From: Flavobacterium sp.
GTDB taxonomy: Bacteria; Bacteroidota; Bacteroidia; Flavobacteriales; Flavobacteriaceae
Assembly: GCF_044341185.1 (NCBI RefSeq)
Contig: NZ_JBIISE010000002.1
Coordinates: 25,205-89,204 of the forward strand
Reading direction: 5' to 3'
Length of the DNA: 64,000 nucleotides
Part shown: positions 38,401 to 47,134 of the stretch, piece by piece
Layout: each line of letters starts with the position of its first letter
How positions within the stretch are numbered: the first letter of the stretch is position 1
Notes under the pieces: generated by a model
Seen by the model: the letters and a program-made list of their open reading frames with translations, nothing else
What the model was told of the DNA's origin: nothing
The model's database searches: none
Position numbers and translations under genes: made by a program

Positions 38401-38485
38401 TAGAATATAGAAAATAGAGATTAAAAAATGATGCTCGTAAATTCTAAAATTATAATGCAAAGATAAAGGCTATTTCTATATTCTA
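38401..38485. repeat. 16/17-bp inverted repeat bracketing the bioD-bioA spacer
   Basis: tagaatatagaaaatag (38401-38417) against ctatttctatattcta (38470-38485). The reverse complements match apart from one extra a. A TAnnTTTG-type box (TATCTTTG on the minus strand; plus-strand complement caaagata at 38459-38466) lies between the arms. Confidence 0.8.
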
Positions 38486-39103
38486 TTCTATTTTTTGAAG
38501 ATTTTCTCGAAACAAATCCGCGTAATATTTAATTACATTTTGGTCGAAATACGGTTCGTTGTCAATTCTTCCAATCATAGGAACATTTGTTTTCTGTAAA
38601 ATGATGCTTTCTGTAGCTTTATTTTCATCACCAGAAAAAATAATTCCTGCCACAGTTAACTTTCTTGATTTTAGAATTTCAATGGTCATTAAGGTATGAT
38701 TGATGCTTCCTAAATAATGACGAGAAACCACAATTACCTTGTAATCAGGTTGAATAATATCAATAACGCAATTCTTATTATTCAAAGGAACTAAAATTCC
38801 ACCGGCCCCTTCAACTACCAAAACATTTTTAGTTTTGGGCTGCTTAATTTCATTTAAATCTATTGTAATTCCATCTATTTCCGCAGCATAATGTGGGCTT
38901 GCGGGAGTTAGCAACGCGTAAGCATTTTCATGAAAAGTTGTAGTAGTATTCGATACGTATTTTTCCACTTTAATTGTATCAGAATTATCTAAATCGCCCG
39001 CTTGTATGGGTTTCCAATAATCGGCTTCTAAGGCTTCTACAATAATTGATGAGGCGATAGTTTTGCCCACATCGGTTCCGATTCCTGTTATAAATAGTTT
39101 CAT
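38483..39103 (-). CDS. bioD: Dethiobiotin synthase
   Basis: 206 aa. MKLFITGIGTDVGKT P-loop, EGAGG, and bio gene context. Confidence 0.9.
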   Translation of the reverse strand: MKLFITGIGTDVGKTIASSIIVEALEADYWKPIQAGDLDNSDTIKVEKYVSNTTTTFHENAYALLTPASPHYAAEIDGITIDLNEIKQPKTKNVLVVEGAGGILVPLNNKNCVIDIIQPDYKVIVVSRHYLGSINHTLMTIEILKSRKLTVAGIIFSGDENKATESIILQKTNVPMIGRIDNEPYFDQNVIKYYADLFRENLQKIE

Positions 39104-39115
39104 TTTTTTGAATTG

Positions 39116-39185
39116 TTTCGCAGAGATTCACAAAGTGTTCGCAGAGCTACACAAAAATACAAATAAAACTTTGTGAAACTCTCTG
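39116..39185. repeat. REP-like structured intergenic element between the DUF2007 ORF and bioD
   Basis: Tandem units of about 21 bp, gtttcgcagagattcacaaagt and gttcgcagagctacacaaaaa. An inverted partner, actttgtgaaactctctg (39168-39185), can pair with cagagattcacaaagt (39121-39136). Confidence 0.7.
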
Positions 39186-39199
39186 TTGAATTTTTTTAT

Positions 39200-39604
39200 T
39201 TAAAATTCAAAGTTACAGTTTTCGCATTTATATTTTTGTTTAGAGAATAAGGGCATAGATAAAGTTAGTAAACCATAAATAAAGGCTAAAAAAGATTTAA
39301 TATCTTTAATAGTGGTGACCATCGTGATTTTTTGAGAACCACAATTTGGACAAGATAATAATTCGCCTTTATCGTCAAGAGAATACTCTGGGATATCATC
39401 TAAAATTTGTTTTGATTGTTGAACATCTTCAGAATTTACAAATAATTTCACACCTCCTAAAGCATTACTCAATAATGGATCGGTATTAATTGTGTTTTCA
39501 TTTTGCAAAAACACTTCAATGCCTTCTGATTCTAATTTTCCTTTAAATAAATACGCTTCGGAGGAGAATTGATAATTAGCAATTTCAATTAATGATTTTC
39601 TCAT
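39200..39604 (-). CDS. DUF2007-like (PII-fold putative signal-transducing) protein with a C-terminal zinc ribbon and a hydrophobic segment
   Basis: 134 aa. The N-terminal region of about 70 aa resembles DUF2007 (EAYLFKGKLESEGIEVFLQNEN...GGVKLFV). It is followed by CPNCGS...CENC with a hydrophobic stretch FLAFIYGLLTLSMPLF between the two Cys pairs. Confidence 0.55.
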   Translation of the reverse strand: MRKSLIEIANYQFSSEAYLFKGKLESEGIEVFLQNENTINTDPLLSNALGGVKLFVNSEDVQQSKQILDDIPEYSLDDKGELLSCPNCGSQKITMVTTIKDIKSFLAFIYGLLTLSMPLFSKQKYKCENCNFEF

Positions 39605-39609
39605 ATTTA

Positions 39610-40758
39610 TTAAAGAATTAGTTCACTTAATTCGTCTAATACGCTTTTCATTTCTTGTTCTGTATTATAAGAATGTAAACAAAATCGCAATCTTTCTTGA
39701 CCTTCTGGAACGGTTGGCGACAAAATTGCTTTCACTTCAAAGCCTTTTTCTTGCAATTGAGCTGCGATTTTTTTAACATTATTATTTCCAGGAATTATAG
39801 CCGAATGTATAGCCGATTTACTATAAACAAATAAGGATTTTATCCCTAATAGTTGCTTTTGTTGATTGAAAAAAGTAATGTTCTCTTTTAATTTTTGAAG
39901 TTCATCCGATTGATTTAAATTTTGATAGGCTACTAAAATTGTAGCTACAGAATGAGGCGAAAGTCCGGTTGTATATATAAAACTTCTTGAAAAATTGACT
40001 AAATATTCAATTAAATCTGCATTTCCTAAAATAGCAGCACCGTGACAACCCAAACCTTTTCCAAACGTCATAATTCTGGCAAAAACTTTATTTTGAAGTT
40101 GTTGCGATTGAATTATGCCTTCGCCTTTTTCTCCAAACACACCCAATGCGTGCGCTTCATCAACCACTAAAAGTGCCTTAAATTTTTCTGAAAGCTGCAC
40201 TAATGTTTCTATGTTAGGCGTATCGCCATCCATAGAAAAAACAGATTCTGTAACAATATAAATGGTTTGGAATTCGGAGTTTGTAGTTTGAATTTTGGAA
40301 ATTTTTGATTCTAAATCTTCGTAATCGTTATGTTGAAATTTATACGATTTGGCGTGACTCATTTGAATGCCATCACGAATGGAAGCGTGACATAACTCGT
40401 CATATAAAATAACATCATTTCTTTGCGGCACAGCGCTAAAAAAACCAACATTAGCATCGTAACCCGAATTAAAAATTAAAGCGGCTTCAGATTGATGAAA
40501 TGTCGCAATATATTTTTCAGTAATATCATACAAATTATGATTTCCTGAAATTAATCTGGAACCTGTTGCTCCATTTACTTTAATATTATTCTCAACTAAA
40601 TATTGGTGTGTGGTTTCGAATATTTCTTCGTTTTTAGCAAACCCTAAATAATCGTTGGATGAAAAATCAATTCCATTTATAGGCGTAGGCAATTTTCGTA
40701 AAGCATTTGTTTCTTTTCGAAAAAGTAATTTTTGCTGAAGTACATTTGGAATTTTCAT
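39610..40758 (-). CDS. bioF: 8-amino-7-oxononanoate synthase
   Basis: 382-aa alpha-oxoamine synthase. GATGSRLISGN, VFSMDGD, VDEAHA and TFGKGLGCHGA (PLP Lys). Confidence 0.88.
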   Translation of the reverse strand: MKIPNVLQQKLLFRKETNALRKLPTPINGIDFSSNDYLGFAKNEEIFETTHQYLVENNIKVNGATGSRLISGNHNLYDITEKYIATFHQSEAALIFNSGYDANVGFFSAVPQRNDVILYDELCHASIRDGIQMSHAKSYKFQHNDYEDLESKISKIQTTNSEFQTIYIVTESVFSMDGDTPNIETLVQLSEKFKALLVVDEAHALGVFGEKGEGIIQSQQLQNKVFARIMTFGKGLGCHGAAILGNADLIEYLVNFSRSFIYTTGLSPHSVATILVAYQNLNQSDELQKLKENITFFNQQKQLLGIKSLFVYSKSAIHSAIIPGNNNVKKIAAQLQEKGFEVKAILSPTVPEGQERLRFCLHSYNTEQEMKSVLDELSELIL

Positions 40759-40769
40759 AATGTAAAAAT

Positions 40770-40804
40770 AAAAAAATCCCGATAAGAAAACACTTATCAG
40801 GATT
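40770..40804 (-). terminator. Putative terminator of atpDC
   Basis: atcccgataag (40776-40786) pairs with cttatcaggat (40793-40803) with one G-U pair. On the minus strand a T7 run follows. Confidence 0.6.
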
Positions 40805-40825
40805 GTTATTTTAATAAATAACGTT

Positions 40826-41107
40826 TTAGTCTGCTAAAACAATTACTTTATTGTTATTCATTTCTATAGTACCAGACTGAATGGCTAACCAATACGTTTG
40901 CTCATTTACTTTTGTAAATTTAGCTTCGTTGTTTTTATCAATATTAAAACTTGCTGCACTGATTTTAACATTTCCTTTTTGTAAAATGGAAACTACAGCC
41001 GCGTGATTGTTTAACATTTGAAACTCGCCATTAATTCCTGGAACAGAAACGGATGTTACTTCTCCTGAAAATAAAGTGGCTTCTGGTGATACTATTTCTA
41101 AAATCAT
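40826..41107 (-). CDS. atpC: F0F1 ATP synthase subunit epsilon
   Basis: MILEIVSPEATLFSGEVTSVSVPGINGEFQMLNNHAA is a typical epsilon N-terminal beta-sandwich. I moved the start to M17 (cat at 41105-41107). Short form of about 93 aa. Confidence 0.85.
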   Translation of the reverse strand: MILEIVSPEATLFSGEVTSVSVPGINGEFQMLNNHAAVVSILQKGNVKISAASFNIDKNNEAKFTKVNEQTYWLAIQSGTIEMNNNKVIVLAD

Positions 41108-41152
41108 ACTTTTATTATTGATAATTAATAATTGAAATGGATAATTAATTGT

Positions 41153-41172
41153 CAATTATCAATTGATAATTG
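41153..41172. repeat. Perfect 20-bp AT-rich palindrome in the atpD-atpC spacer
   Basis: caattatcaattgataattg equals its own reverse complement. Confidence 0.9.
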
Positions 41173-41180
41173 TCTATTTA

Positions 41181-42695
<1,515 letters not shown>

Positions 42696-42752
42696 TTATG
42701 TATTTATTTAATAGCTATTTATTATTGAAAAAAACATACTTTTTTCAGAGTG

Positions 42753-42784
42753 CAAAGATAGTTTTTTTAGATGCAATTATGCAA
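42753..42784 (-). promoter_or_regulatory. Putative atpD promoter
   Basis: The minus strand reads TTG (complement of caa at 42782-42784), a 21-bp spacer, then TATCTTTG (complement of caaagata at 42753-42760). Confidence 0.4.
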
Positions 42785-42799
42785 TATATTTTTTGACTT

Positions 42800-42841
42800 T
42801 TTTTCAATAAAAAAGCGAAATAGTAATTATTTCGCTTTTTT
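42800..42841. repeat. Copy A of a 42-bp direct repeat (terminator-type hairpin with flank); 41/42 identical to 47091-47132
   Basis: tttttcaataaaaaagcgaaatagtaatTatttcgctttttt. The stem is aaaagcgaaat/atttcgctttt with A- and T-tracts on both sides, so the geometry is bidirectional. Confidence 0.9.
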
Positions 42842-42939
42842 GTATATTTTATATATTTTATTTTGTTTTATTATTTAATTCAAAAATCCTTTTAAGTATG
42901 AAAATAAACTAACATTATGAATCTCAAAAGTTACATTTC

Positions 42940-42972
42940 AAAAAAACCCGATTCATTCTATGAATCGGGTTT
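42940..42972 (-). terminator. Rho-independent terminator of the T9SS surface-protein gene
   Basis: aacccgattcat (42945-42956) pairs with atgaatcgggtt (42960-42971), a perfect 12-bp stem with a 3-nt loop. On the minus strand a T7 run follows. Confidence 0.8.
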
Positions 42973-42976
42973 GAAG

Positions 42977-45900
42977 TTAATTTATAATTAATTTTTTAAT
43001 TTGCTTTATTAAAGTATCGGAAGTAATTTCAACCATATACAATCCTTTAGACAAATCAGATGTATTTATTTGCACCTCTTTGGAGTTTACTCCATTTACT
43101 TCTTTCACTTTTTTCCCTAAAATATCATAAATTACAATTGATTTTATATTTTCAGAATTACTTTGTAAATAAACTTGAACAAAATTTGAAGCAGGATTTG
43201 GAACTAATAAAAAATTACTCGTTTCAAATACTAAATTCCCTAAAATTGAAACAAATTGTGTATTAAAGGTATTTGTTACAATTGCAGGATTTGTATCAAA
43301 GTAAATATTTGCAGTATTTGGAACAATATCTCCAATAGCAAAACCTGGTTTTAATTTTATTTTAAAGAACACATAACCTTTACTCATCTCCTCATTTGAA
43401 AGCGCAGGCGGTAAATTAATATAATCAAACTTCCATATGATTTGGTTATTTATTCTTTCCATTACGTAACCATGACTTGCATTAATCATTTGTATGCTAG
43501 TTTCATCTAATTTTGAATCTAGTAAATCTTCAATTTTTACACTAATAGCATTTGCGGTTCCTTCGTTTTGGAAACGAATGGTGTAGTAAAGGTAATCACT
43601 AGCGGCAAATTGATTAAATTGAATTTCTTTTCCATGCGATTCCATTTTATCATTTGGATCATATGAAGCTACTACAATTTGAGAATTTGAAAAAGCATTA
43701 TTAGATACGTTAATATCTGAAGATGGAGCAGAAACTGTTGCGTTATTTATCAGTACATCATTAATATTCACAATAGGTATTGCTGGAACACTCATTGTAA
43801 CATTGATAAAACGAGTTTCATAAGGAGTTAAATTTGTGAAATCATATGTAAATCCTGTTGCACTACTAACAATTCCAGGCTGAGAAACAGATGTTATTGT
43901 AGCGTTAGTGTCCTTTGTAAATGAGATTTGTCCACTTGCTGTTGCAACACCTAAATTCCTATATACAATTTTATTAGTATAGTTAAATCCAGGTCTTGGT
44001 GGAGAAACCGAGACTATGGAAACAGCTACATCATTATAACCAGAAACTAGAGTTATAGGGAAATATAATGTTTGTGTACCACTTCCTAATGCAATGCTTA
44101 CATCATTATAATTGGTTGTTCCAGCAGAATAATATGGCGCATATTCTGAACTTAATGTATAACTAAAATCATATGTGTTAATTGGGTTTGAATCATAAAC
44201 GGTATACATTCCAAAAGGAGAAGAAATATTACTTATTGGTCCTGAATTATTTTGTTGTGATACAAATGAGCCATAAGTGAAATTAACCTCACCACTATCT
44301 TTAACACCGTTATTATTTGCATCAACATAGGAAATTAAATTAACTTTATCTGAACATTGCGGCGGGCCAGTAGTAAAACTTCCAGCTTTAATAAAAACAG
44401 CAGAGTCAAAAGCACTATCACTTCTATCAGCAACAACTAATTTAATATGATAAGGATGATTAGGAATAATAGCTGATGAAGCAGTCATTTCAGCAGTTTG
44501 TCCATTAAAATTTATTGCTGAAGTATAATTAGTAGCTCCCGAATAATAAGTGTCGAAAAAACCAGGGTTTACGGAAGCACAACTACTGTTATAAAGTGTA
44601 TCTCGAATTGTAACTACTGATACTGGCGCTGATGTTCCAGGTACAACTGCTAAATTTGTGGTAACACCTGTTACTAAATCTGTAAGTAAAAAAGCAAAAG
44701 CATCTGCAAAAGTACATTGAAAAGTTCCATATTCATCAGAAGCAAATAAAAAATTAAAACTCATAAATTCGTTCAAACTTGTGAAATCAAATTCAAGTTT
44801 TGATGCGTTTTTTGAATTCATTGCTGTTCCTGTAGCTGTTAAAATAATATTTTCAAGCTCTGAATCACCTGTCCAAGTAGCAGAGCCATCACTTAAAATG
44901 GATGTATTCGGCCCAGGTACATTATTTACATTCCCAGTAGAAAGAACAATTCCAGATGATAATGGAAAAGTTGGGTTTGTATTTGTAAAATATCCAATAC
45001 CGTTAGTTGAACCAAAATTCGTACCCGTACTAGAAGTCACATTAGAAATTGTGATACATGGATTATTTACTAATACATTCGTAACTAATTGTTCATTTGT
45101 ATACGTTGTTGAATTTGTGACTAAAGGTGGTAATGTTATATATGGAGTAAAAGCATAACCTGCAGACCAATTACTAATAAAATTAACCCCACAAATTGCT
45201 CGTACATAAAATTTATATGTAACTCCAGTTGTTAATCCAGATACAGTATGAGAATTCACATTTACTATTGTTCCAACAGATGTATTTGTTGGTGCAGTTT
45301 CAGTTGCCAATGTAACAATTACTTCCCATTGGGTTGCAGAACCAACAGCCCAAGTTAATATTGCACTTGTCGGACTAATCCCATTTGTAGTTATTAGAGT
45401 GGGAATTGAACATGTTGATGTTGTAAAAATTGATGATAATGCCCAATTGCTTGAACTTGTTGAAGAACAAACTGATCTTACATATGCTTTATACGTTGTG
45501 CCAGATAATAACCCTGAAGCTGTATAAGAATTTGTATTTGTCAAAACACCTGTTGAAGACCCAGTTGGAGCAGCCATAGATGATGGTTGAATGATTATTT
45601 CCCATTGAGTTGCTGCATTATTTTCAGTCCAAGAAACTGTTGCTGAATTAAATGAAATTGCAGATGCTACTACATTTGTTGGTTTTTGACAAAATGTAAA
45701 TGGTCCGCAAATTACATTTGCATCCCAACCAGGTTTATTTACTGAACTATCACTTCTGAATCTAAAGGTTAGACAACCATCAGGACTAGAAGAAGTAATT
45801 ACTTCGGGAATTGATGTACCCCAAAAAGCTCCAGGTAATCCACCAGGAACATTTGCCGCTGGATTCGTACTAGAAATTTGTGGAGCAGTAATTGAATTCC

Positions 45901-46801
45901 CATTGTAAACATATAATCCATCCCAGTTTGCTTCTGTATCAAATGAATTAAAAATTACACTTACCATTTCACCTGCCGTTGATGGACAAATAACATAAGT
46001 AATATCTGAACTGTTTGCATAATTTGCTGTCAAACCTCCATTATCAATAAAGGTTCCCCCACAAACTGGAGGTGATAATTCAGTTGTTACAGTAACAGGA
46101 ATTGACCAAAAGCTTGATTCTGAAAGAGAACAAACTGATTTAACATAAAGATTGTAACATGTCCCTGGTAATAATCCTGTGAAAACAAATGGATTTGTGG
46201 TGACATTTGTACCAATACTTGTATTAGATGGAGCTGTACCACAAGGCAAAGCAATAACTTCCCAAGAAGTTGCAGTACCAGTTTCAGTCCAAGCTAATGA
46301 TACTGTATTTGTAGTTACTAACGAAGTTAATAGCGTTGATGGCATTAAACATGTTGCAGCTGGAGCACATGTTACATTAGCAATCCAACCTGGTTTGTTA
46401 ACTGCATTGTCACTTCTAAATCTAAAAGTTAATGAGCCATCTGAACTTGACGACGTTATAGATCCAGGACTAATAGTACCCCAGAAAGCTCCAGGTAAAG
46501 CACCAGGAATATTTCCTGCTGGATTTGTACTAGAAATTTGTGGAGCAGTAACAGAGTTTCCATTGTAAATATATAGCCCATCGAAATTTGCTTCTATTTC
46601 GAAAGACGTAAAAGTTACTGTTACAAAATCTCCTGGATTATTTGGATAAATAGTTACTAAGTAATCACTATTATTTGCATAATTTGTAGTTGCACCTTCA
46701 GGATCAGTAAAAATTCCTCCACAAACTGGTGATGTTTGTGCAAAAGTTAATAGGGTTCCGAAAAATAATGCAAAAAAACTTAAAAGTAATTGTTTTTTCA
46801 T
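42977..46801 (-). CDS. T9SS-secreted multidomain surface protein: 2x(CUB-like + FN3-like) + FN3-like + choice-of-anchor-L-like + repeat domains + Por_Secre_tail CTD
   Basis: Signal peptide MKKQLLLSFFALFFGTLLTFAQ (M32 of the tracked ORF; cat at 46799-46801). Two PVCGG...NKPGW modules, each followed by a Cys-bounded FN3-like unit. A central region LFASDEYGTFQCTFADAFAFLL...VADRSDSAFDSAVFIKAGSF. A C-terminal T9SS sorting domain LVPNPASNFVQVYL...GLYMVEI...KLIIN. Confidence 0.85.
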   Translation of the reverse strand: MKKQLLLSFFALFFGTLLTFAQTSPVCGGIFTDPEGATTNYANNSDYLVTIYPNNPGDFVTVTFTSFEIEANFDGLYIYNGNSVTAPQISSTNPAGNIPGALPGAFWGTISPGSITSSSSDGSLTFRFRSDNAVNKPGWIANVTCAPAATCLMPSTLLTSLVTTNTVSLAWTETGTATSWEVIALPCGTAPSNTSIGTNVTTNPFVFTGLLPGTCYNLYVKSVCSLSESSFWSIPVTVTTELSPPVCGGTFIDNGGLTANYANSSDITYVICPSTAGEMVSVIFNSFDTEANWDGLYVYNGNSITAPQISSTNPAANVPGGLPGAFWGTSIPEVITSSSPDGCLTFRFRSDSSVNKPGWDANVICGPFTFCQKPTNVVASAISFNSATVSWTENNAATQWEIIIQPSSMAAPTGSSTGVLTNTNSYTASGLLSGTTYKAYVRSVCSSTSSSNWALSSIFTTSTCSIPTLITTNGISPTSAILTWAVGSATQWEVIVTLATETAPTNTSVGTIVNVNSHTVSGLTTGVTYKFYVRAICGVNFISNWSAGYAFTPYITLPPLVTNSTTYTNEQLVTNVLVNNPCITISNVTSSTGTNFGSTNGIGYFTNTNPTFPLSSGIVLSTGNVNNVPGPNTSILSDGSATWTGDSELENIILTATGTAMNSKNASKLEFDFTSLNEFMSFNFLFASDEYGTFQCTFADAFAFLLTDLVTGVTTNLAVVPGTSAPVSVVTIRDTLYNSSCASVNPGFFDTYYSGATNYTSAINFNGQTAEMTASSAIIPNHPYHIKLVVADRSDSAFDSAVFIKAGSFTTGPPQCSDKVNLISYVDANNNGVKDSGEVNFTYGSFVSQQNNSGPISNISSPFGMYTVYDSNPINTYDFSYTLSSEYAPYYSAGTTNYNDVSIALGSGTQTLYFPITLVSGYNDVAVSIVSVSPPRPGFNYTNKIVYRNLGVATASGQISFTKDTNATITSVSQPGIVSSATGFTYDFTNLTPYETRFINVTMSVPAIPIVNINDVLINNATVSAPSSDINVSNNAFSNSQIVVASYDPNDKMESHGKEIQFNQFAASDYLYYTIRFQNEGTANAISVKIEDLLDSKLDETSIQMINASHGYVMERINNQIIWKFDYINLPPALSNEEMSKGYVFFKIKLKPGFAIGDIVPNTANIYFDTNPAIVTNTFNTQFVSILGNLVFETSNFLLVPNPASNFVQVYLQSNSENIKSIVIYDILGKKVKEVNGVNSKEVQINTSDLSKGLYMVEITSDTLIKQIKKLIIN
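45403..46729 (-). repeat. Internal tandem duplication (two modules of about 660 bp) inside the surface-protein gene
   Basis: Protein modules at aa 56-275 and 276-497 align colinearly. At the DNA level, ggatttgtactagaaatttgtggagcagtaa (about 46521-46551) matches ggattcgtactagaaatttgtggagcagtaa (about 45861-45891). Confidence 0.85.
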
Positions 46802-46821
46802 GATTTGTTGATTTATAATTT

Positions 46822-46854
46822 CCAAATATAGATTGATTTTTAATGACTTACAAA
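46822..46854 (-). promoter_or_regulatory. Putative promoter of the surface-protein gene
   Basis: The minus strand reads TTTG (complement of caaa at 46851-46854), a 21-bp spacer, then TATATTTG (complement of caaatata at 46822-46829), 21 nt upstream of the ATG. Confidence 0.4.
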
Positions 46855-47090
46855 CAAAAATCAAGTTTTTATATAAAAACAATCTCAACTTCAATGAAAT
46901 ATAGTTATAGCTAAAGACAATATAGAAGATTTCAACAACTATTTTATTGTTTATTAACAGAATTTTTTGTGTTTCGAAATTTAAATTTGTAAGAATAATT
47001 ATTAATTAATACTTAAAGGTATAATTATACTATTTTATTAATAAGAACATTTTGTTAAAATTAAAATCGAATAGGTATCTAATTTTAATA

Positions 47091-47132
47091 TTTTTCAATA
47101 AAAAAGCGAAATAGTAATAATTTCGCTTTTTT
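47091..47132. terminator. glmS terminator; copy B of the 42-bp direct repeat
   Basis: tttttcaataaaaaagcgaaatagtaatAatttcgctttttt, starting 3 nt downstream of the glmS stop codon (47135-47137). Confidence 0.85.
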
Positions 47133-47134
47133 AT

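Noticed and set aside
46802-46894. N-terminal extensions in the tracked ORFs of the surface protein (46802-46894), S9 peptidase (10400-10462), atpC (41108-41155) and the GlgA-like gene (51610-51642).
   Set aside because: In each case an internal Met starts a canonical signal peptide or a conserved N-terminus (MKKQLLL..., MKKYIFL..., MILEIVSPE..., MNDKRILYVSSE...). The upstream residues look like translated AT-rich promoter sequence.
42800-47132. A Tn7-like or CAST transposon at the glmS attachment site.
   Set aside because: There are no tnsA-E, integrase, Cas or other mobility genes, no multiple TnsB-type end repeats, and no 5-bp target duplication that I can identify. Only the duplicated 42-bp terminator and a single cargo gene are present. 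I kept it as a cassette-insertion finding, not as a mobile element call.
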